This document shows, piece after piece, positions 1 to 7,724 of a DNA stretch of 12,083 nt. The stretch comes from Gemmatimonadota bacterium. Its GTDB lineage: Bacteria > Gemmatimonadota > Gemmatimonadetes > Gemmatimonadales > GWC2-71-9. Within the stretch, counting starts at the first letter, position 1; each line of letters opens with the position of its first letter. The notes beneath the pieces were generated by a model. The model was not told the origin of the DNA. It worked only from the letters and a program-made list of their open reading frames with translations, and searched no databases. The stretch is taken from the NCBI GenBank assembly GCA_039591655.1, contig JBDHDE010000072.1:1-12083 (forward strand), in the 5' to 3' direction. Made by a program: the position numbers and the translations under genes.

Positions 1-622
1 CCTTTTCCATGTCCACCGACTCCGGACTGATGTACAGCATCATCGAGGTCTCGATCTCGTCGGCGTGAGTGCCTCCCTCCTGCTCGGCGACCTCGCGCTC
101 CACGGCGGCGGCGACCTCCAGGATGTTCGTGTAATGCAACAGAATCCCGTCACGGGAGAGGGTGTCGGCCGCTGGTCGGAGCGCGCGGAGGGTGGAGACA
201 CCAGTGTTGAGCACGTAGAAGCGCTTGGGGCCGTAGCGTGCCAGGCTGCGACAGATGTCCACCACCAGGTCCCGGGCCGTGCTCACCTGCAGCGAGGTGG
301 AGCCCGGGTACTCGAAGAAGGCCGGGTAGTAGTGATATGGAATCGTAGGCGCGACCACTACGTCGGCCGCATCGAGCACCCGCCGCTTGAGGTACTCAGC
401 CATGATCCAGTCGTTGTCGAGTCGGAGGTGCGGGCCGTGCTCCTTGGCCGCCGCGCCAAGGGCGATCACCACGACTGCGTCTTCGGTGAGGACACGCTCC
501 GCCTCCACCCACGTGAGCTCCTCCAGCAGCACGCCCGCGGGCGCACCGGCGCCAGCGGGCTCCTGGGCAGTCAAGGCCGCTCCGGGGAGCAGCAGCAGCA
601 GAGATATCGCAGTCCGCTTCAT
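1..622 (-). CDS. Creatininase/creatinine-amidohydrolase family protein with an N-terminal signal peptide; 3' end runs off the window
   Basis: Not in the ORF track. Manual translation from ATG 622: MKRTAISLLLLLPGAALTAQ...LEELTWVEAERVL..VVIALGAAAKEHGPHLRLDND...YPGSTSL...RFYVLNTGVST...GGTHADEIETSMMLYISPESVDMEK. This matches the creatininase-family LTW, xxHGPHL..D, PGS/T and HAxExETS..L...P..V motifs. GGAG lies 8 nt upstream of the ATG. Confidence 0.88.
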   Translation of the reverse strand, partial: MKRTAISLLLLLPGAALTAQEPAGAGAPAGVLLEELTWVEAERVLTEDAVVVIALGAAAKEHGPHLRLDNDWIMAEYLKRRVLDAADVVVAPTIPYHYYPAFFEYPGSTSLQVSTARDLVVDICRSLARYGPKRFYVLNTGVSTLRALRPAADTLSRDGILLHYTNILEVAAAVEREVAEQEGGTHADEIETSMMLYISPESVDMEK

Positions 623-662
623 TACTACAACTCCGTCATCTGGGTTGCCTGCGTACGCACCG

Positions 663-1853
663 CTACGCCTTTCCCCCGGTCCCCAACCGCCGTATGGTCC
701 CTATCCCGAATGCCGGCCCGAGCGCGAGGACCGCGAACGCCCAGCGCCACCCGATGAGCTCTGCCACGGCGGGCACCAGTTGGATCGTGAGCATGGTCAG
801 CAAGAACCCCAGTGAGGTCTGGAGCGTGAGGGCGGTGCCGACGGCGTGTGACGGTGAGACTTCCGTGACGAGCGCGCTGAACTGCGCGGAGTCGGCGATC
901 ACGAAGAAGCCCCACGCAAGGGTCAGGGGAACGAGCAGCCAGAAGCTCGTTCCGAAGAGGGCGCCGATGACCAGCGCGCAGGCGCCGCTCGCGGCCATCG
1001 CACGGATGACGAGCCGCTCATAGCCGATGCGATCGGCCAACCAGCCGCCCCAGAGGCATCCCGCACCGCCCACCGCGATACCGAGAAAGGCGATGAAGCT
1101 CACCACCGGGGCCGACGGTGCCGTACGGCCGGTGGCCGCCAGCGCCGCTGCGCTCGCCGCGAGGAACGCCGGGATCCACGTCCAGAAAGCGTACAACTCC
1201 CACATGTGGCCTAGATAACCTCCTGTGGCAAGGCGCCACTCGCGGTGCCGCAGCACGGTGCCCACGAGCTTCCACGAGAACGGCCGGCGCTCAAACGCGT
1301 ACGGCCCGTCCCGGTATCCCGCGAACACGAATGCCGCGGCGAGGAGGGCGCCGGCGGACACGGAGAGCACGACAGGAGCGATGCCGGCGGGGACCCATGC
1401 CCGCATGAGGTAGGGGGCCGCCTTTCCCACCGTCAACGCCCCGACTACCGTCCCGATCGCCAGGCCGCGGCCATCGCGGAACCAGGTGGCGGCCATCTTC
1501 ATCGCGGGGGGATACACACCGGCCAGGAAGAACCCCGTGGCGAAGCGGAAGATGAGCGCGACCTCGAACTCCGGAGCCAGCACCAGGGCGGCGTTGGCGA
1601 CCGCGCCGAGCGCGGCCGAGGCGGCGACGTACCACCGCGCCGGTACGATGTCGGCGAGGTTCAGTACGGCGGCCGTGGCGGTGCCGGCGACGAAGCCGAG
1701 CTGCACGATCGCCGTGAGCCAACCGGCCTGCGCTTGCCGCAGTCCCCAGAGCTGCTGCAGCTCCTGGGATACCGCGCTCGCCGAGAACCACAGGCTCATG
1801 GCGAGCAGTTCCACCAGCGCCAGCAGCCCAAGCGTCAACCACCGGCCGCTCAG
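663..1853 (-). CDS. Major facilitator superfamily (MFS) transporter
   Basis: About 12 hydrophobic segments and MFS motif-A-like loops (LNLADIVPAR; GGWLADRIGYER). Stop TAG at 665-663. The ORF track starts at TTG 1838; I prefer the in-frame CTG at 1853, which overlaps the otsA stop (see findings). Confidence 0.9.
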   Translation of the reverse strand: MSGRWLTLGLLALVELLAMSLWFSASAVSQELQQLWGLRQAQAGWLTAIVQLGFVAGTATAAVLNLADIVPARWYVAASAALGAVANAALVLAPEFEVALIFRFATGFFLAGVYPPAMKMAATWFRDGRGLAIGTVVGALTVGKAAPYLMRAWVPAGIAPVVLSVSAGALLAAAFVFAGYRDGPYAFERRPFSWKLVGTVLRHREWRLATGGYLGHMWELYAFWTWIPAFLAASAAALAATGRTAPSAPVVSFIAFLGIAVGGAGCLWGGWLADRIGYERLVIRAMAASGACALVIGALFGTSFWLLVPLTLAWGFFVIADSAQFSALVTEVSPSHAVGTALTLQTSLGFLLTMLTIQLVPAVAELIGWRWAFAVLALGPAFGIGTIRRLGTGGKA

Positions 1854-3268
1854 CGCTTGTTGTCCTTTGCCGCGGCGGTCAGGCGTTGGATGAGCTTCTG
1901 CGCCCAGCTGTGGACGTCGTGATCGGCTTCACGGAGGCGCAGCGCCTTCATGCGGGCGTGGCGCTCTGGCAGCGGCATGGTGAGGGCCTCATGCAGCTTG
2001 GCGGCAGTGTCGTCCAGGTTGTACGGGTTCGCCATCAGCGCCTCCGTCATCGTCTCCGCTGCACCCGCCATGTGAGAGAGCACCAGCACACCGGGATCGT
2101 TCACCTGACAGGCCACGAATTCCTTAGCTACCAGGTTCATGCCGTCCCGTATCGGGGTGACGAAACCCACGTCGGCATCGCGGTACAGGGCGCTGAGTCG
2201 ATCGGGAGGCACGGAGCGATACAGGTAGCGGATCGGCGTCCAGCTCGCGGTGGCGAAGCGGCCGTTGATCTGCCCCACGACCTCGTCGATCTCGCGCTTC
2301 AACGTCCGGTATTCGCTCACCTCCGAGCGGCTCGGCACGGCGAGCTGCAGCAGCGTGGTGCGCTGCCGGTGCTCGGGGTGAAGCTCCAGGAGACGGGCAA
2401 AGGCCTTGAGCCGCTCCGGTATCCCCTTGGTGTAGTCCAGCCGGTCCACGCCCAGCACCACGCGCTCCTGCGGGGGGAAGCCGGACGTGGGAGCTGCGCG
2501 AGCCAACTCCTCGAAGTGGGGGTAGTCGATACCCAGCGGCAGGGACACGACCTGAACGGTGCGTTGTCCGTGATACACCAGGCTGCGGCCGCGGCGCCGG
2601 TCGACCTTGTCTCCCAGCAGCCGGTGTACGCAGTCCAGGAAGTTCCGGGCATATCCCGGCACGTGGAATCCAACGAGGTCGCACGCCAGGACCCCCCGCA
2701 GGAGCTGCCGCGCCCACGGCAGCATCCGGTACACGTCGTACGGAGGGAATGGGATGTGCAGGAAGAAGCCGATGGCCGCCGACGGCGCGAGACGTCGCAG
2801 CCGCGCCGGGGCGAGCATGAGCTGGTAGTCGTTGACCAGCACGATGTCGCGGGGGTCGATGGCCTCCGCCGTGACCTCCGCGAATCGCTCATTGGCCCGC
2901 TGGTACGCTTCCCAGTCCGTGGGTTCGAAGCTCGCCCTCCCCGGCATGGTGTGGAACAGCGGCCAGAGGGTCCGGTTGGAGAACCCGTGGTAGTACCCCT
3001 TGACGTCGCTGCGGGCGAGGTCGACGGGGATGATCTGGTACGAGTCGTCGGGTTCGGAGACCTCCTCCCCCGGACGGAGCTCCATCCCCGGCCAACCGAC
3101 CCACAGGCCACCGCGTTGCTCCAGCACCGGACCGAACGCCGCCACGAGCCCCCCGCTCGAGCGCACGCGCTCACTGCCTCGCGTGCCGCGACGCATCGTC
3201 ACCGGCAAGCGGTTGCTCACCGTCACGAGCGTGGGCCTCCGTCGGGAGCCTGACTGCCCCTCAGACAT
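1850..3268 (-). CDS. otsA: Trehalose-6-phosphate synthase (glycosyltransferase family 20)
   Basis: Motifs [73 protein letters not shown] and NPY. SD-like GGAGAG upstream. 472 aa with no fused phosphatase domain. Confidence 0.9.
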   Translation of the reverse strand: MSEGQSGSRRRPTLVTVSNRLPVTMRRGTRGSERVRSSGGLVAAFGPVLEQRGGLWVGWPGMELRPGEEVSEPDDSYQIIPVDLARSDVKGYYHGFSNRTLWPLFHTMPGRASFEPTDWEAYQRANERFAEVTAEAIDPRDIVLVNDYQLMLAPARLRRLAPSAAIGFFLHIPFPPYDVYRMLPWARQLLRGVLACDLVGFHVPGYARNFLDCVHRLLGDKVDRRRGRSLVYHGQRTVQVVSLPLGIDYPHFEELARAAPTSGFPPQERVVLGVDRLDYTKGIPERLKAFARLLELHPEHRQRTTLLQLAVPSRSEVSEYRTLKREIDEVVGQINGRFATASWTPIRYLYRSVPPDRLSALYRDADVGFVTPIRDGMNLVAKEFVACQVNDPGVLVLSHMAGAAETMTEALMANPYNLDDTAAKLHEALTMPLPERHARMKALRLREADHDVHSWAQKLIQRLTAAAKDNKR

Positions 3269-3355
3269 CGCACTCTCTCCCGCAGGTGGGGTGCGCGACC
3301 CACGGAACCGGCGTGGTGCGCAGGCCGCTCATCATAATCTACACGTTCGCCCTGA

Positions 3356-3401
3356 GCGTGCCCGGCAGTCGGCGTGCCCCGGGATGGACTGCGGCGCACG
3401 C
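3356..3401. repeat. Imperfect inverted repeat in the divergent otsA / Cys-rich gene spacer
   Basis: GCGTGC-CCG-GCAGTC ... GACTGC-GGC-GCACGC: two perfect 6-bp helices separated by a small internal loop. Confidence 0.5.
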
Positions 3402-3441
3402 CCGGTGAGTTTGCGTCGCGGCCTGATTACATTGCAGCGCC

Positions 3442-4071
3442 ATGGCGACAGAGCTGCAACCCACCACGCGCGTCGTCGAGCTGGAGTGTCCGGTGCCCAG
3501 CCGGTACGGCACCCCTGTCATCTCCCGTATCGACACGGACATCTTCCGCCGTACGTATTTCACGCACTGCCTGGACTGTGGGTTCTGCCATGATCACTGC
3601 TGCCAGTACGGCGTGGACGTGGACCTGTATCACTTCGAGCGCATCCAGCGGCACGCCGATGCTCTGGAGGCGTTCACGGGGATTCCGCGGGAGCGATGGT
3701 TCACCAAGCGCCTTGAGGTCGACCCGGAGGTCCCGGGCGGTGGGTCGCGACGCACGCGGGTCGTGGGCGGCCGCTGCGTGTTTCTCAAGCGACGGGGCCG
3801 CGGCTGCCTGCTCCACGCGTTCTGCCTGGAGCGGGGCCTGGATCACCACGAGCTGAAGTCGATGGTGGACTGCCTGTTTCCGCTGAGCTTCTACGACGAG
3901 ACGCTGTGCCCGGCCGACGAGGTGGACGACGGATCGCTCATCTGTCTGGATACCGGGCCCACCATCTACCGGGGGGGGCGAGCGGAACTGGTGTACTACT
4001 TCGGCGGGGAGTTCGTACGGGCGCTGGACGATCTCGAGGGCCGGGCCCTCCGTGGGGTGTCGGGCGGCTGA
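3442..4071 (+). CDS. Cysteine-cluster protein (YkgJ/DUF3109-like, putative Fe-S or Zn binding)
   Basis: 209 aa with 12 Cys: C43xxC46xxC49xxxC53C54, then GRCVFL, GCLLH and KSMVDCLFPL. This resembles the CxxCxxCC...CxFL...CxIH..KPxxCxxFP pattern. High-GC third-position codon usage. Confidence 0.72.
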   Translation: MATELQPTTRVVELECPVPSRYGTPVISRIDTDIFRRTYFTHCLDCGFCHDHCCQYGVDVDLYHFERIQRHADALEAFTGIPRERWFTKRLEVDPEVPGGGSRRTRVVGGRCVFLKRRGRGCLLHAFCLERGLDHHELKSMVDCLFPLSFYDETLCPADEVDDGSLICLDTGPTIYRGGRAELVYYFGGEFVRALDDLEGRALRGVSGG

Positions 4072-4072
4072 G

Positions 4073-4759
4073 CTAGGTCGGTCCGAGCCGGCCTGCCTCG
4101 GCGCCGGCTGCGATGGGCACCAGGTCGATGAAGCGGTGGTCCTCGATGTCGACGGTCTCTCCCACAGTGAACTCCACGGGTGATCGGAAGTCGGGGCCGT
4201 CGAAGACGTAGGTGTGGTACTCCCCCTGCTCACCACAGGGATCCAGGTCGTCGATGGTGCTGAGATCGGTCACCAGATCGGCGTCGAACTCGCGACCCAG
4301 GAAGGGCATGGCGCGCCGCGCGAGGTCGACGCTCACCACGATCGCCCGGTAGCCCCGCTCCACCACCCCCCAAGCGACCTCCACGCCCGGCTCGCCCCAC
4401 AGAGGCTCGACGTGTTCCAGCCCGGCGGCCCGGACGCGCTCTTCGTACCACTGCCGCACATCGGCCAGGTGCACGTTGCCGAACACGACACCCGTGATTC
4501 CCCGATCTCCGAGGATTCCCAGGAGCTGCTCGAAGACCGGCTCGAACGGGGTAGGGGAGGTGGCCGCGGCTACGTACTCGAGGCCGAGAGCCTGCGCCTG
4601 CGCGGCGATCAGCTCCTGGCGCACCCCGTGGAACCGGACGCGCCCCGTGGAGCCGTCGTAGATGGTGGCGAGCGTGCTGACGTCCAAGCGCTGCTGCCTG
4701 GCACGGTCCAGCGCCAGCATGGAGTCCTTGCCACCACTCGTCATGAGAGCGTAAGGCAT
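4073..4759 (-). CDS. DUF71/COG2102 (diphthine-ammonia ligase/Dph6-like) PP-loop ATP-binding protein
   Basis: N-terminal SGGKDS PP-loop, plus RVRFHGV, GVVFGNVHL, EPLWG and DPCGEQGEYHTYVFDGPDF, which are characteristic of this family. Confidence 0.88.
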   Translation of the reverse strand: MPYALMTSGGKDSMLALDRARQQRLDVSTLATIYDGSTGRVRFHGVRQELIAAQAQALGLEYVAAATSPTPFEPVFEQLLGILGDRGITGVVFGNVHLADVRQWYEERVRAAGLEHVEPLWGEPGVEVAWGVVERGYRAIVVSVDLARRAMPFLGREFDADLVTDLSTIDDLDPCGEQGEYHTYVFDGPDFRSPVEFTVGETVDIEDHRFIDLVPIAAGAEAGRLGPT

Positions 4760-4764
4760 GGGGG

Positions 4765-4770
4765 AAATTA
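4765..4770 (-). promoter_or_regulatory. Putative -10 element (TAATTT) of a leaderless DUF71 transcript
   Basis: Minus strand reads TAATTT-CCCCC-ATG. No Shine-Dalgarno and no clear -35. Confidence 0.45.
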
Positions 4771-4853
4771 CGGGTGGGGACGGGGGGGCGTTAGGGTGGC
4801 GGGGGCGTCCGCGACTTGACGCGCCACGGCCCCCCTAGGGTTACTACAGGATC

Positions 4854-6713
4854 GTGCCTGGCGACCAGAAGAAGAAGAAGAAGCTCGACCCCGCCGTCGT
4901 GTGGCGCGAGGCCCGCGAGATCATCTGGACCCGCCGCAAGCGCGTAGCGCTGGGCGGGGTCATCATGATCGTGAATCGGCTCGCCGGCCTCGTCCTGCCG
5001 GGATCGTCCAAGTTCCTCATCGATCGCGTGATCGGCCAGGGCGACGCTCAGTTCCTCATCCCGCTCGCGGCGGCCGTGGGTGTCGCGACGCTGGTCCAGG
5101 CCGGCACCTCGTTTGCGCTGTCACAGGTGCTGGGGGTCATGGCGCAGCGTGCCATCACCGACATGCGCAAGGCCGTGCAGGCGCACGTGAGCCGGCTGCC
5201 GGTCAGGTACTTCGACTCCACCAAGACCGGCGTGCTGATCTCCCGCATCATGACGGACGCCGAGGGGATCAGGAATCTGGTGGGCACCGGGCTGGTGCGC
5301 CTCACGGGCGGCCTGGTGACCGCCGCGATAGCGCTGGTCGTGCTGTTCGTGCTCAACTGGAAGCTCACCGCAGCGATCCTCCTCATCTTGGGGTTCTTCG
5401 GCTCGGTGATGGCGTTCGCGTTCAACCGGTTGCGGCCCATCTTCCGGGACCGGGGCAAGATCAACGCCGAGGTGACCGGGCGGCTGGCGGAGTCGCTCGG
5501 TGGCGTGCGGGTGGTGAAGGCCTACGTGGCCGAGCGGGGCGAGGCGTTGGTGTTCGCCCGCGGGGCGCATCGCCTCTTCCGCCGGGTCGCGCAAGCGGTG
5601 ACCGGGATCTCCGCCATTGGTGCGTTCGCGACATCGATCATGGGCGTCATCAGCGTCCTGATGATCATCGTGGGTGGGCGCGCGATACTCGCCGGGACGA
5701 TGACCCTGGGTGACTTCGTGATGTACATCTTCTTCACCGGCCTGGTGGCGATGCCGCTGGTGAGCATCGCGGAGATCGGCACGCAGATCAGCGAGGCCTT
5801 TGCCGGGCTCGATCGGCTCCGTGAGATCCGGATGATGGCCACTGAGGAGGACGAGGATGCCGAGCGCAGGGAGCTGGGCGATGTGGCCGGCGAGATTGCC
5901 TTCGAGGACGTGAGCTTCGAGTACAACCCCGGCGTGCCGGTTCTCAAGAACGTCTCGTTCACCGCGCCGGCCGGAACCACTACCGCCCTCGTGGGATCGA
6001 GCGGCTCGGGCAAAAGCACACTCATCTCACTCGTCATGGCTTTCAACGGCCCGATGTCCGGCACGATCACGCTGGATGGTCGCAGCCTGGACGTCGTGCG
6101 GCTGCGGGACTATCGCCGCCTGCTCGGCGTGGTGCTGCAGGAGAACTTCCTGTTCGACGGCACTATCGCCGAGAACATCAGCTTCTCGCAGCCGCACGCG
6201 TCGGCTGGGGATATCCGACGGGTGGCGCGCATCGCCCACGCCGAAGAGTTCATCGAGGAGTTCGAGGACGGCTACGATACGATCGTGGGAGAGCGTGGGG
6301 TGAGGCTGTCGGGAGGGCAGCGGCAGCGCATCGCGATCGCGCGGGCCATCCTGGCCGATCCCCGGATCCTGATCCTGGACGAGGCCACCTCCAGCCTCGA
6401 CAGCGAGAGCGAGGCGAAGATCCAGGACGGGCTACGCACGCTGCGAGAGGGCCGCACGACGTTCGTGATCGCGCACCGGCTCTCCACCATCCGCAGCGCG
6501 GACCAGATCCTGGTGCTCGAGGGTGGGGAGATCGTGGAGCGGGGCACCCACCCCGAGCTGCTCGCCAAGCGGGGCCGCTACCGCCAGCTGTACGACAAGC
6601 AGTACCTCATCGAGCACGACCGGTTCGTGAACCCCGGCGAGGACCACACCCCCGACGAGGAGGATGTGGACATCCCGGTCCGATCCACCGTGCGGGGGCC
6701 ACAGGACCTGTAG
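4854..6713 (+). CDS. ABC exporter, fused TMD-NBD (MsbA/Sav1866-like)
   Basis: N-terminal transmembrane domain. Walker A GSSGSGKST, Q-loop VLQE, signature LSGGQRQR, Walker B/D-loop ILILDEATSSLD and H-loop IAHRLSTI are all canonical. GTG start at 4854. Confidence 0.93.
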   Translation: MPGDQKKKKKLDPAVVWREAREIIWTRRKRVALGGVIMIVNRLAGLVLPGSSKFLIDRVIGQGDAQFLIPLAAAVGVATLVQAGTSFALSQVLGVMAQRAITDMRKAVQAHVSRLPVRYFDSTKTGVLISRIMTDAEGIRNLVGTGLVRLTGGLVTAAIALVVLFVLNWKLTAAILLILGFFGSVMAFAFNRLRPIFRDRGKINAEVTGRLAESLGGVRVVKAYVAERGEALVFARGAHRLFRRVAQAVTGISAIGAFATSIMGVISVLMIIVGGRAILAGTMTLGDFVMYIFFTGLVAMPLVSIAEIGTQISEAFAGLDRLREIRMMATEEDEDAERRELGDVAGEIAFEDVSFEYNPGVPVLKNVSFTAPAGTTTALVGSSGSGKSTLISLVMAFNGPMSGTITLDGRSLDVVRLRDYRRLLGVVLQENFLFDGTIAENISFSQPHASAGDIRRVARIAHAEEFIEEFEDGYDTIVGERGVRLSGGQRQRIAIARAILADPRILILDEATSSLDSESEAKIQDGLRTLREGRTTFVIAHRLSTIRSADQILVLEGGEIVERGTHPELLAKRGRYRQLYDKQYLIEHDRFVNPGEDHTPDEEDVDIPVRSTVRGPQDL

Positions 6714-6732
6714 ACGTGGTCCGGCGGCGGCG

Positions 6733-7689
6733 CTAACCTCCAGGTCGCCGAGCCCGCAGGAACTCCCGCAGCTCCCCCAGCCCCGACAAGTAATGCGCCC
6801 CCAGCGCTGCCAGCCTGGGCGCCACCCCGGCGGCGGCAGCGCCGCCGATGACCAGCTCCACCCCCTCATCGAGAGCTTCCCGCAGGGCGGCCAGGTACTG
6901 CAGTAGCCCGTCGGGGTCGGGGGCGTACACGGCGGAGAGCGCCACTACCCGGGCCTCGGTCTGGCGTGCCGCGTCGGCCACCATGGCGGCGGGCAGGCTC
7001 GCCCCCAGCTGGGTCACGCGCCAGTCCTCCGTGGCCGCCACCACCGCCACCAGCATGGCGCCGAGCTCGTGCTGGTCGCCCGCCGGGGTGGTCACCAGCA
7101 CGCTGGGCGCCGTGGCCGGGGGGTCGAACGCCCCGCCCATCCAGACGAGCACGCTGCGGACGACGGTCGATGCGGCGTGCTCGTGGGCCGGGGTCAGCTT
7201 GCCAGCGTGCCACCGGTCGCCCACCTCCCGCAGCAGGGGGGCCAGCACGAGGTCGAGAAACGGGGCGGAGCCCAACTCCATCACGGCCTGCCCCAGGATG
7301 AGCTGGAGCCTGCGGCTCTCCAGGGCGTGGACCGCACCCAGCGTGGTGTCCAGGAACTGTCTGGCGGATTCCCGTCCGGCGACCTCCTCCCTCCGCCGAC
7401 TGCTCTCTGCCAGGGCCGCCTCATCCTCCTGCAGCAGCTCGGCCAGCTCTTCGCTGGAGAGGCCTGCGACCCGCCGGATGGCCCGCCCGGCCTCGGTGGC
7501 GCGGTGGAGGAGGGTGAGGCGCTCGATGTCGGCGTCGGAGTAGAGCCGCTGGCCTCCCTCGCTGCGGCTGGGCTCCACCACGCCGTACCGCCGCTCCCAC
7601 ACCCGCAAGACATCTAGGGAAAGACCGGTCCTGCGGGCCACGACCCGGATGGGGTGGCGCGGCTCGTGGTAGGCGGGGTCTCGTCTCAT
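6733..7689 (-). CDS. carH: CarH/LitR-type adenosylcobalamin-dependent photoreceptor repressor (MerR HTH + four-helix bundle + B12-binding Rossmann domain)
   Basis: MerR-like HTH with LRVWERRYG and GGQRLYS. W160-x9-E170H171 motif. B12 motif D205-x-H207-x2-G210-x41-S252-x-V254-x27-GG; I counted the spacings and they match the CarH consensus. Confidence 0.9.
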   Translation of the reverse strand: MRRDPAYHEPRHPIRVVARRTGLSLDVLRVWERRYGVVEPSRSEGGQRLYSDADIERLTLLHRATEAGRAIRRVAGLSSEELAELLQEDEAALAESSRRREEVAGRESARQFLDTTLGAVHALESRRLQLILGQAVMELGSAPFLDLVLAPLLREVGDRWHAGKLTPAHEHAASTVVRSVLVWMGGAFDPPATAPSVLVTTPAGDQHELGAMLVAVVAATEDWRVTQLGASLPAAMVADAARQTEARVVALSAVYAPDPDGLLQYLAALREALDEGVELVIGGAAAAGVAPRLAALGAHYLSGLGELREFLRARRPGG

Positions 7690-7695
7690 GCCCGC

Positions 7696-7724
7696 ACAGT
7701 ACCGCCCTGTCTAAGTATTGTCAA
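7696..7724 (-). promoter_or_regulatory. Sigma70-type promoter of carH (leaderless)
   Basis: Minus strand: TTGACA (7724-7719), 17 nt, TACTGT (7701-7696), 6 nt, ATG (7689). Confidence 0.8.

Noticed and set aside
65..815. Plus-strand ORFs of 230 and 142 aa
   Set aside because: They are antisense shadows of the creatininase-family gene and the MFS 3' end, with no recognisable motifs.
2810..2845. NDYQL in place of E. coli HDYHL in OtsA as a sign of new specificity
   Set aside because: DYQL variants occur in genuine actinobacterial OtsA, and the other catalytic motifs are canonical.
1886..3253. 455-aa plus-strand ORF
   Set aside because: It lies antisense to otsA. Long antisense ORFs are expected in high-GC coding DNA.
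4816..4841. TTGACG...TAGGGT as the ABC gene promoter
   Set aside because: The spacer is only 14 nt, so it cannot be supported as a -35/-10 pair.
4869..4883. (AAG)5 repeat as a phase-variable tract
   Set aside because: It is an in-frame trinucleotide run encoding KKKKK, so slippage would not shift the frame.
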